Positions 1-8,075 of a stretch of 64,000 bases of DNA are shown here, piece after piece. Below the pieces are notes generated by a model. It did not search any database, was not told the origin of the DNA, and was given only the letters and a program-made list of their open reading frames with translations. The first letter of the stretch is position 1, and each line of letters starts with the position of its first letter. Source of the stretch: Clostridiaceae bacterium (GTDB taxonomy: Bacteria; Bacillota; Clostridia; Lachnospirales; Lachnospiraceae); NCBI GenBank assembly GCA_021200535.1, contig JAJQGL010000114.1, forward strand, positions 1,171-65,170. The letters are read 5' to 3'. The position numbers were made by a program, and so were the translations under genes.

Positions 1-621
1 TGCCCTCGGAAACTCTATGGCATGCGGATTGCCCTGTTTTGAGACACGGTCAATCTTCGGCCCGCCCGGATACCCTAGTCCAATCGCCCTTGCGACCTTA
101 TCAAACGCTTCCCCCGCCGCATCATCATGCGTACAGCCGATAACTTCAAACTCCGTATATGTTTTTACCTGTATCAGATGAGTATGTCCTCCTGAGACAA
201 CAAGACATAAAAACGGCGGCTCTAAATCCGGATGCTCAATGTAATTTGCGGCAATATGCCCTTGAATATGATGTACTCCTACCAGCGGCTTGCCCGCAGC
301 ATAGGCCAGTGCTTTCGCCTCACCGACACCGACAAGCAGAGCCCCCACCAGACCAGGGCCATAGGTAACGCTGACCGCATCAATCTCTGCAAGCGTCACA
401 TCCGCCTGTTCCAGCGCTTCTTCAATCACCTGATTGATTTTTTCAATATGCTTTCTCGAAGCAATCTCCGGCACTACCCCTCCATATAACGTGTGAATAT
501 CAATCTGAGAGGAAATCACATTTGACAAAACTTCCCTTCCCCCTCGGACCACTGCAGCGGCAGTTTCATCACAGGAACTCTCTATTCCTAATATCAATAT
601 ATCTTCTGCTGCTTTTTTCAT
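1..621 (-). CDS. tsaD: tRNA N6-threonylcarbamoyladenosine synthesis protein TsaD (runs off the window edge)
   Basis: Not in the ORF track because it has no stop in the window. My translation from ATG 621 gives [25 protein letters not shown]...[13 protein letters not shown]...[11 protein letters not shown]...HHIQGH...VSGGHT...[23 protein letters not shown], the canonical TsaD/Kae1 motifs. Confidence 0.97.
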   Translation of the reverse strand, partial: MKKAAEDILILGIESSCDETAAAVVRGGREVLSNVISSQIDIHTLYGGVVPEIASRKHIEKINQVIEEALEQADVTLAEIDAVSVTYGPGLVGALLVGVGEAKALAYAAGKPLVGVHHIQGHIAANYIEHPDLEPPFLCLVVSGGHTHLIQVKTYTEFEVIGCTHDDAAGEAFDKVARAIGLGYPGGPKIDRVSKQGNPHAIEFPRA

Positions 622-1227
622 TTATTCTACACCAACCGTTTCCGCTTCTTCTTCATCCGATTCCTGCCAGCCAAGGATCTTCCATTTCCCGTCACTGTCT
701 TTCCGGCAGGTAAATTTCTCGTATACCTTTGTTGTCTCGTTTTTCGCCTTGAGCAGAATAGAAGAAATTACTGTCGCACATTCCCTGTCATCCAGTGTTT
801 CTACTTCTACTGTGGAATTTTTCTGCACAACATATGCGCTGAAGGTCTGGTCCTCACGTTCTTCTTTATCCTTTTTTAGGTTTTCACTCATCGTATCAAA
901 AGAATTTTTTGTTTCTGCAAGCAGTTCGTCATCATAGAGCTTTCGCATCTGTGTCAATAAGGCATCAAAATCTTCATCGGAGAGATCTTCATTGTAAATG
1001 CAGCAATTCATCCTCCAGTAAAGCTTAACCACCTCCGTTGGAGTGCCCGGATATTTTGAATCCAGATCCTTTGCCAGAAGCTTTCCGATCTCCGTATCCG
1101 GCAGCACCTCCTCCTGTGCTTTTTGTTCCGCCTGCCTGTTAATCAAAATATACCCTGCCAGTACCAGTACCGCCAGCACAATAATCGCTGCAAAAGCTAT
1201 AACCGTTCTCTTTTTCGTCTTGTCCAT
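622..1227 (-). CDS. Hypothetical membrane-anchored protein (N-terminal TM helix; resembles DUF6715-type Lachnospiraceae proteins)
   Basis: 201-aa ORF with a hydrophobic N-terminus (VIAFAAIIVLAVLVLAGYILI). Its stop codon abuts the tsaD ATG. Confidence 0.75.
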   Translation of the reverse strand: MDKTKKRTVIAFAAIIVLAVLVLAGYILINRQAEQKAQEEVLPDTEIGKLLAKDLDSKYPGTPTEVVKLYWRMNCCIYNEDLSDEDFDALLTQMRKLYDDELLAETKNSFDTMSENLKKDKEEREDQTFSAYVVQKNSTVEVETLDDRECATVISSILLKAKNETTKVYEKFTCRKDSDGKWKILGWQESDEEEAETVGVE

Positions 1228-1343
1228 ACACTATCTCCTTATCCAGATTAACATCTCATAATTCATTTCGTCTATCCTGTCAGATAACTTTATATCCGTA
1301 TTAAAAAGCGATGCATTTTTATAGATTACTGTGATCACCCAAA

Positions 1344-2255
1344 TCAATCCTCCGGATAATCCAGGCAGATACTCTTTCCGTCCTTGCCCGGAAAGGCATT
1401 TGAAAAAATCTTTCGAACCGGCTTCATGTAATCCTCCGGCCGTATCAGCGATGGACTGTAATGCGTCAGCCAAAGCTCTTTTGCATTTGCACTTCTGGCA
1501 ACCTTTGCCGCCTCGCAAAACGTCATATGCTTTTTCTCTTCCGCCTTGCTCTGTTTTTCCTGCTCGCCATACATTCCCTCACAAATCAGCAGATCGGCGG
1601 CATCCGCATTGTCCACCAGGCTCTGCACCGGTCTGGTATCCGTGCAATACGTCAGTTTAATACCCTGTCTTGGCGGACCAATCACCATATCCGGCGTATA
1701 AACCTTCCCCTCGTGCTCCAGCGTTTCTCCCTTTTGCAAACGGTTCCACAGCCTGATCGGCACATTATTTTGCTGTGCCTTTTCTACAAAAAACTTTCCA
1801 CCACGCGGAACATAAATCGTATATCCATAACAGATAACGTTGTGCTGTACCCGAAACGCCCTGATATGATACCCATTGACCTCCAGCTCCTCCTCCTGCT
1901 GGTTCAGCTCGATAAACCGCAGTGGGAACGGAAGCCCCGGCGCAATAATACGAAGGCTGTTTACAACTTTTTCTAAGCCCTTTGGCCCAATCAGCGTTAC
2001 CGGTTCTTTTCTGTCCGAATTCCCCATTGACAAAAGCAAACCCGGCAATCCGCTGATATGGTCGCCGTGATAGTGTGTAAAACAAATCGTATCAATCGGA
2101 TTTACACTCCAGCCTTTCTCACGGATAGCAATCTGCGTCCCCTCACCGCAGTCAATCAAAAGACTGCTTCCTTCAAGCCTTGTCATCAGAGATGTCAGCC
2201 ATCTTCCCGGCAAAGGCATCATCCCGCTGGTTCCCAGCAAACAAACATCTAACAT
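1344..2255 (-). CDS. rnz: Ribonuclease Z (metallo-beta-lactamase fold)
   Basis: LGTSGMMP, LIDCGEG, THYHGDHISG (HxHxDH), YCTDT, CEGMY, H-MT and LTHYS motifs. Confidence 0.95.
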   Translation of the reverse strand: MLDVCLLGTSGMMPLPGRWLTSLMTRLEGSSLLIDCGEGTQIAIREKGWSVNPIDTICFTHYHGDHISGLPGLLLSMGNSDRKEPVTLIGPKGLEKVVNSLRIIAPGLPFPLRFIELNQQEEELEVNGYHIRAFRVQHNVICYGYTIYVPRGGKFFVEKAQQNNVPIRLWNRLQKGETLEHEGKVYTPDMVIGPPRQGIKLTYCTDTRPVQSLVDNADAADLLICEGMYGEQEKQSKAEEKKHMTFCEAAKVARSANAKELWLTHYSPSLIRPEDYMKPVRKIFSNAFPGKDGKSICLDYPED

Positions 2256-2372
2256 AAATAAAAAAAATATCCTTTCGCATTTTAAAACATAATGTTAATT
2301 ATAGCATAAAAAGAATATTTTTCCAAATCAGCAATTTTCCAGACGCCGCAATTTTCGAATTGTATTTTCAGA

Positions 2373-2594
2373 TTATAATTCCGTAACCTCCCGAACCTCC
2401 GGAGGAATGGCAAACCCCTCTACCATCTTGTCATAGCAGCTTTCACAGATCACAAAAGAATGGATCAGAGCATCCTTCTGCGAAAAATATCCCCATTGTT
2501 TCTTCGCTTCAAATGCATCTTCTTTTAAAATATCATTTTCCATTTTTAATTTTTTCCCACATACATTGCAGTAAATTTCATTCGTTTTTTTCAT
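2373..2594 (-). CDS. Small hypothetical protein with CxxC...CxxC (putative zinc ribbon)
   Basis: The ORF track starts at 2720, but GGAAAGGGG lies just before ATG 2594 (MKKTNEIYCNVCGKK...ICESCYD), giving 73 aa. Confidence 0.7.
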   Translation of the reverse strand: MKKTNEIYCNVCGKKLKMENDILKEDAFEAKKQWGYFSQKDALIHSFVICESCYDKMVEGFAIPPEVREVTEL

Positions 2595-2839
2595 TATTGT
2601 CCCCTTTCCGTGCGCACTTTGTTTTTCCGTATTTCTCAAACTATCCCTCATTTCTGCGCACACTCTCTGTACGTAGCGAGTTTGTGTCTGCAATTCAATT
2701 TGTAACGCTTCTGCCTGCATGATGCGCTTTCTGCTTCGATGCCCCGCATATCTTTCCTGTCATAGAAAAGTATACGCAGAAACAACTGTTTTGTATAGTG
2801 GCAATGTCTGGCATCCCACGTTCCGGCACAATGTGCTGT

Positions 2840-3271
2840 TCAAAAAATGCGTTCCATCAAAACAGCGTGTTCTGTCGGTTTTGAATAATAATTTTTCCGG
2901 ATGCCAATCTGTTGAAAATTATTTTTTTTATAAAAACAAAGCGCGGGAATGTTACTCTCCCGAACCTCCAACAAAAGCCTTTCCACCTTCCTTTTTTGCA
3001 GCGCAGCAACCGCCTCCTGCAGCAGCCCCTGCGCAAAAAGGTGTTTCCGATACTGCTCCGCTACTGCCAGATTGCATAGATCTGCAGTTTCAAAAAAAGT
3101 CCAGATGCCGATATAGCCAACAATCGCCCCCTGCTCTTCTGCTACAAAATACAGATTATCCTCCGATGCCTGTGCATCCAGAAAGCTTTTTTCACTCCAG
3201 GGCGATGAAAAAATTTGTTTCTCCAGCAAGGCAATCTCCGGCACATCTTTTTTTTGCATATAACGAATCAT
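2840..3271 (-). CDS. rimI: Ribosomal-protein-alanine N-acetyltransferase RimI (GNAT)
   Basis: LEKQIFSSPWS, NLAVAEQYRK, LLLEVRESNIPA, RKNYY. It overlaps the tsaB stop, the usual arrangement. Confidence 0.9.
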   Translation of the reverse strand: MIRYMQKKDVPEIALLEKQIFSSPWSEKSFLDAQASEDNLYFVAEEQGAIVGYIGIWTFFETADLCNLAVAEQYRKHLFAQGLLQEAVAALQKRKVERLLLEVRESNIPALCFYKKNNFQQIGIRKNYYSKPTEHAVLMERIF

Positions 3272-3987
3272 TTACGCGCTCCCACTCCTGCACGCTCCCT
3301 CTCTGCCTGGGACTGGCGCAGATAAACCGGCTTATGCTCTCTTCCGGTTTCTGTCTTGCCCTGTTCAAAATAAATTTTGCCAAGAGCCGCAACTGCACCT
3401 GCACTTTGGCGGTTCATATGAACCGGGGCAAACTGGTACGACACGGTCAGCTGTTCCCTGATTGCTGGTTCGTATACCGGTACTCCGTCTCCCAAAAAAA
3501 GGACCTCTTCCCCCAGTTCATTCAGCTGCTGCAGGAAAAGAGGAACAGCAGCTGCCTGCTGTCCGGCGACACAGTCCAGCTGTCCCGGCTTTACCCGGTA
3601 AACCCCTGTATACACCTGATTTCTCCTGGCGTCCATCAGCGGACAGACTACCCCTTTCCAATCTGTAATCCGATACGCCAGCCCCTCTAAAGTCGGCACC
3701 GAAACAATTGGAATTTCCAATGCAAGCGCCATGCCTTTTGCCGTTGAAGAACCAATCCGCAAACCGGTAAAAGAACCCGGCCCGGCCGCCACAGCAATCG
3801 CATCCAGCTCCCTCAGCCCGATTCCCGACATCTTCATCACCTGATCCACCATTGGCAAAAGCGTCTGGGAATGTGTTTTTTTATTGTTTACCGTAAATTC
3901 AGCAACAAGTGTATCATCTGCCAGAACAGCGGCTGATGCCACCAATCCTGAGCTGTCGATCGCCAATATCTTCGTGACTTTTCCCAT
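3268..3987 (-). CDS. tsaB: tRNA threonylcarbamoyladenosine biosynthesis protein TsaB
   Basis: ILAIDSS, HSQTLLPMVD, GPGSFTGLRIG, MDARRNQVY, KPVYLRQSQAERE. Confidence 0.96.
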   Translation of the reverse strand: MGKVTKILAIDSSGLVASAAVLADDTLVAEFTVNNKKTHSQTLLPMVDQVMKMSGIGLRELDAIAVAAGPGSFTGLRIGSSTAKGMALALEIPIVSVPTLEGLAYRITDWKGVVCPLMDARRNQVYTGVYRVKPGQLDCVAGQQAAAVPLFLQQLNELGEEVLFLGDGVPVYEPAIREQLTVSYQFAPVHMNRQSAGAVAALGKIYFEQGKTETGREHKPVYLRQSQAERERAGVGARK

Positions 3988-4008
3988 CTCTTTATTCCCT
4001 TTCCTTTT

Positions 4009-4470
4009 CTATTCCATAGCAGGAATCCCTGCTTTACCCGCACTTTCTAACGTAATTTCACGATAATCCATGCCCTGTTTCAGATCTTTTTTGATAGACA
4101 CGGAAATCCAGTCCTCTGGCAGGATTTCCTGAATCAGATCTGCCCATTCAATCAAACAGACTCCGCCCCCATAAAAATAATCCTCATAACCAATTTCATC
4201 CATTTCCTCAATATCTGCAATCCTATACACATCAAAATGATAAAATGGCAGCCTTCCGGATTCATAAACCTGCAGTATAGTAAAAGTCGGACTGGAAATT
4301 GGCTCATCAATTCCCAGTCCTTTCCCAAGGCCCTTCGAAAATACAGTTTTCCCTACTCCAAGATCTCCATATAATAATATCACGGCACCCGGCTGGCAGC
4401 TTTTCCCTATCTGCTCCCCCAGGGCAAAGGTAGCCTCTGCCGAATCACTGGAAAATACCTGTTTATGCAT
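4009..4470 (-). CDS. tsaE: tRNA threonylcarbamoyladenosine biosynthesis ATPase TsaE
   Basis: Walker A GDLGVGKT, SSPTFTI, YHFDVYRI, LIEWA. Confidence 0.96.
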   Translation of the reverse strand: MHKQVFSSDSAEATFALGEQIGKSCQPGAVILLYGDLGVGKTVFSKGLGKGLGIDEPISSPTFTILQVYESGRLPFYHFDVYRIADIEEMDEIGYEDYFYGGGVCLIEWADLIQEILPEDWISVSIKKDLKQGMDYREITLESAGKAGIPAME

Positions 4471-5020
4471 CTTCCTTTTCCCCTTTCACCTCTTCCGGAT
4501 CGTTCTCCCGGTCATAATCGAACGCATCATAATCCTTATATTTTCGAACCTGCTCCTTTACAAGCGTACATACCGTGTCAAACTGTCCGCCGCATTGTTC
4601 CTTCGGAAAAATAAACGCGCGCATAGCAGACATATACAAATACAGGCTTTTCTTTGTGGCCACTACCTTTCGGATATCATACCACTTCACCTCTGCTTCC
4701 TGCTCGTCCTGCCGGACTGTGATGCCTTCCTCCATCAGAATATAATGCAGAGACGCGTTGATATTTTCATTTTTCCGAACCTGTGCCCGACATTTAAAAT
4801 ACAGAATCAACGGCTGCACAACCGGAAACAATACTCCGACAAACGCCAACAGCAGCAGCGTTGACGGTTCATACCCATCCCGGTTCACCACCGCCAGGAC
4901 GATGGCGGCAAAACTGAAAAGCAGCCCAAAAATCCCTGACAGGCTAAAATACGCATGCCGCATGGTAAATCGGTATAATTCAGAAACTTTTAGTTTCACA
5001 TCAAATTCAATCGGTTTCAT
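4463..5020 (-). CDS. YcxB-family membrane protein
   Basis: Two TM helices followed by VKWYDI...LYLY...AFIFPK, a YcxB-like C-terminus. ATG 5020 is preceded by AAAGGA (ORF track start 5047). Confidence 0.7.
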   Translation of the reverse strand: MKPIEFDVKLKVSELYRFTMRHAYFSLSGIFGLLFSFAAIVLAVVNRDGYEPSTLLLLAFVGVLFPVVQPLILYFKCRAQVRKNENINASLHYILMEEGITVRQDEQEAEVKWYDIRKVVATKKSLYLYMSAMRAFIFPKEQCGGQFDTVCTLVKEQVRKYKDYDAFDYDRENDPEEVKGEKEDA

Positions 5021-5125
5021 ATATCTCCATCCTTTTCTTTGCGTCAAATGCAGGGCAAAACACCCCTAATCCTCATCCCATTATATCAAAAGACACAAAA
5101 AAAACAATATACCGGACGCCCCGTT

Positions 5126-5320
5126 TGTGATACAATAAACGCATGCGAGGGTGCAACAAGATCATGAAGCGTCAGATTCATGATATAATGAGCGTTAGCG
5201 AGCGGGAGCAGGCAGAGCCTATTCATCGCGAGCGGCGAATGACGATCATGAACAGCTGCGCAAGCAGCGATAGAGCGCGAAAGCGCGGGTTCATGATACA
5301 ATAAGTATTAGCGAACGGCA
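5126..5320 (+). repeat. Modular structured repeat: three degenerate 25-bp direct repeats plus nested hairpins with GNRA tetraloops (candidate ncRNA or REP/MITE-like element)
   Basis: TGATACAATAAACGCATGCGAGGGT (5128), TGATATAATGAGCGTTAGCGAGCGG (5181), TGATACAATAAGTATTAGCGAACGG (5294). Stems: ATCATGAA/TTCATGAT (5161-5184) and ATCATGAAC/GTTCATGAT (5245-5297), the latter enclosing GCTGC-GCAA-GCAGC and GCGC-GAAA-GCGC. Confidence 0.7.
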
Positions 5321-5351
5321 AATGACGATGAAAATTTTAAGAGGTAGCAGC

Positions 5352-7196
5352 ATGAATAAATTAAAAGAACAAATTGAACAGGAGCTGAATTTTAATACAA
5401 TCACAGCAATCTGCGAACATCTGACCGATGCGGTTCAGGAAATGCTGGACTCATGCGGCATGTATTTCCGCATTTTTTCCCGCGTCAAATCAGTCGATTC
5501 CATTGCTGAAAAAATTGAACGCGGCCGTTATGGAACAGAATACAATCCCAAAAAAATCCAGGATCTTGTCGGGCTTCGCGTCGTGCTTTACTATTATGAT
5601 GACCTCAGTATCTGCCGGGACATCATGGAAAGCACATTCCAGATGATTGATGACTGGTCCAGGCCAAAATATAACGCAGATGAATTTCGCGCCACCAAGA
5701 TAAACGGCGTCTTCCGCTTTCCAAGCGAATATTTCAGTCTGTATAAAAGCCCGCTTTGGACGCTTCCGATTGACACCACCTTTGAGATCCAGTTCCGTAC
5801 CGTCTTTTTTGAGGGCTGGCATGAGATCGAACACGATATGCGCTATAAAAGCATCCTGTCTGACAGAGATTTCTGGCAGGGCAGCGAAGAGCTTTCCCGT
5901 ATTTTAAACTGTATTCTGGCAAATCTGGAGCTGAGCGACTGGTCGCTGGTGCAGCTGTTTGAAGAGCTGTCCTATAACCATTACAAACTGGCAAATTGGG
6001 AAATGATGCTGAAAAGCAAATATCGCATCAAAATGCAGCCAAACGAAACGCTCGATCCACGTATTATTGCTGTTTTTGACCGCGACAGAGAAATTGCCAA
6101 ACCGTTTTTTAAGGCATCCCGGAAAACTTTGATTAAGGAGCTTCTCAAGCTGGATCATCCGCATCTAAGCTACGACCTGATCATCCGCCTGATGAATGAC
6201 CGTGTTGTACACAATGAAGAGCTGGCAGCTATCTGCGAGGAAGTTTCCCTTTCAAGCATCGAGCGTTCCTACCAGAAAAGCACACTGGCACGTCTGGAGT
6301 CCAATGTTTTATTTCATCTGGAGCTGCCGCTGCTGCACAAAGAAACCAGATCCTTTCAATCCGAATTTCACAATGCGGCAGCCATCTTATATAAATGGGC
6401 ACGCTTCAAATTAAACCCGGTATTTGAATATATTCCCGCAGAGCTGTCAAATTACGATGCCATATTGCCGGGATACCAGCTAAAAACAAGCTATGACTGC
6501 GAAAACCTGTCGTTTTCCATGAAATTACAATATATTGACAGTGAAACCCCGGGAACACTCTGGCACGTTCACTCCTCGCTGGAATATCTCGAGGACGGAC
6601 AGCTGCATTTTTATCATATGACATCCCGCGACATGCCAAAAAGCGTCACCCAGAAAACGACCTTCCTAAAGCCGTCCTTCCTCCACGATTTATCCAAACG
6701 AATCGGCATTATGGATGTCGTGCGCATCGGAAGCAAGGTAAGCTATGTCCGAAACCAGAAAGAACTGGAACAGCTCGCCTGCCTGATCCGGCATTCCAAA
6801 AGGAAACTTCCGGTTGTCGCTATTATACAAAATACGGGCAAGCCATCAGACGGCCGCTCCCAGGAAAAATACGGTGAATATGATATGACAACCTTTACAA
6901 TCAACGGCACCCGGCTTTCAAAAGTTGTCGGACACTATTGTCATGTTTATATGGTTGATTATGAGATGGCAGAAGCATTTGCCTCTGTATTTGATCTCCC
7001 TGCGCCGGATACGATTGGCAGCATCTGTGTCTATTGGCCAAAAGCCACGCGCAAGGAAATGGATTTTTTTACCAGAAAAATGGTAATTGATACACAGTTT
7101 GATTTTAATAAGCTTGCTTTTCATGATGATAACATTTATGAAAAAGCATTCCGGCATAAACTGGTTCAAATGATGAAGCAATTTAATGTAATGTAA
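5352..7196 (+). CDS. RelA/SpoT-type (SAS-like) nucleotidyltransferase domain fused to a large C-terminal region of unknown function
   Basis: RVKSVDSIAEK (RxKxxxSxxxK), DLVGLRVV, FEIQFRT and WHEIEHDMRYK. No HD hydrolase, TGS or ACT domain recognised. AGAGGT precedes ATG 5352 (ORF track start 5322). Confidence 0.85.
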   Translation: MNKLKEQIEQELNFNTITAICEHLTDAVQEMLDSCGMYFRIFSRVKSVDSIAEKIERGRYGTEYNPKKIQDLVGLRVVLYYYDDLSICRDIMESTFQMIDDWSRPKYNADEFRATKINGVFRFPSEYFSLYKSPLWTLPIDTTFEIQFRTVFFEGWHEIEHDMRYKSILSDRDFWQGSEELSRILNCILANLELSDWSLVQLFEELSYNHYKLANWEMMLKSKYRIKMQPNETLDPRIIAVFDRDREIAKPFFKASRKTLIKELLKLDHPHLSYDLIIRLMNDRVVHNEELAAICEEVSLSSIERSYQKSTLARLESNVLFHLELPLLHKETRSFQSEFHNAAAILYKWARFKLNPVFEYIPAELSNYDAILPGYQLKTSYDCENLSFSMKLQYIDSETPGTLWHVHSSLEYLEDGQLHFYHMTSRDMPKSVTQKTTFLKPSFLHDLSKRIGIMDVVRIGSKVSYVRNQKELEQLACLIRHSKRKLPVVAIIQNTGKPSDGRSQEKYGEYDMTTFTINGTRLSKVVGHYCHVYMVDYEMAEAFASVFDLPAPDTIGSICVYWPKATRKEMDFFTRKMVIDTQFDFNKLAFHDDNIYEKAFRHKLVQMMKQFNVM

Positions 7197-7971
7197 ACAG
7201 GGTTCCCACTTTTTTATCTTCAAAAAGGTCATACAGCCTTTTTGGACGGTTCCCATTCATCAGCACAACGTCAATTCCAGATTCATAGGCAATTTCCACC
7301 GCATCAATCTTTGTTTTCATGCCGCCTGTGCCAAATCTGGTTCTTGCCCCTCCTGCAAGATTCCGAATCCGGTCATCTATCTCATGCACAACCGGAATGA
7401 GGCTGGCATTCGGATCTTTGTACGGATCTGCACTGTACAGGCCATCAATATCAGATAAAATAACCAGCAAATCTGCTTTTGCCAGAGTTGCAACCAGTGC
7501 GGCCAGAGAATCATTTTCCCCAACCTCAAGCTCCAATTCATCAATCGCTACCGTATCATTTTCATTGACGACAGGAATTGTCCCAAGCCTGAGCAGCCGC
7601 TCCAGTGCATTTTCCACATTTCGCCGTCTGTCCTCCAAAAGGCTGTATTTTGTCAAAAGCATCTGTGCAACAGAAATACTGTATTCACCAAATAATTTAT
7701 CATACAAATACATTAACTCACACTGTCCTACTGCAGCACAGGCCTGTTTCCCCGGTGTATCCTTCGGGCGCTCCATCAGCCCCAGTTTTCCCATACCCAG
7801 GCCAATCGCGCCGCTGGAAACTAAAATAACCTCATGTCCGCAATTATGAATATCAGACAGGGTTTTTACCAGCTGCTCTATCCTCCGGATGTTCAGCCTG
7901 CCCGTCTTATGCGTCAGCGTCGACGTTCCAACTTTAAATACAATTCGTTTGCACTCGCTTACTTTTTTCAT
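7183..7971 (-). CDS. proB: Glutamate 5-kinase (short form without PUA domain)
   Basis: RIVFKVGTSTLT, VSSGAIGLG, AAVGQ, VNENDTV, ENDSLAA, LSDIDGLY, GTGGMKTK. The ORF track starts at 8049; ATG 7971 or 7983 is more likely. Confidence 0.95.
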   Translation of the reverse strand: MKKVSECKRIVFKVGTSTLTHKTGRLNIRRIEQLVKTLSDIHNCGHEVILVSSGAIGLGMGKLGLMERPKDTPGKQACAAVGQCELMYLYDKLFGEYSISVAQMLLTKYSLLEDRRRNVENALERLLRLGTIPVVNENDTVAIDELELEVGENDSLAALVATLAKADLLVILSDIDGLYSADPYKDPNASLIPVVHEIDDRIRNLAGGARTRFGTGGMKTKIDAVEIAYESGIDVVLMNGNRPKRLYDLFEDKKVGTLFTLH

Positions 7972-8075
7972 ACTAATCCCCATTCCGGAGCGTTTCACGC
8001 GGCGGGATGCCGTCAAAACTATTTGTAACGCTCCAGCACAAATAGTCAAATCCTCTTTCGGAGGATTTTGAAAAA

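Noticed and set aside
2719-3690. 323-aa + strand ORF, and the many other long antisense or alternate-frame ORFs (e.g. 12158-12919, 25238-25831, 27966-28775, 27992-28726, 30510-31166, 33016-33639, 41768-42337, 49553-50098, 56909-57400)
   Set aside because: They lie opposite or within well-supported genes, lack recognisable motifs and RBSs, and have the composition expected of shadow frames.
5086-5301. 71-aa minus-strand ORF in the structured repeat
   Set aside because: It is a translation of the hairpin/repeat region with no RBS or protein-like features. The signal here is nucleotide structure.
5126-5320. Possible mini CRISPR array
   Set aside because: The repeats are degenerate, the spacers are very unequal (28 and 88 nt) and themselves structured, and no cas gene is present in the window.
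7183-7971. ProB lacking a PUA domain and an adjacent proA as a sign of truncation
   Set aside because: PUA-less glutamate 5-kinases are known, and all catalytic motifs and a normal stop are present.
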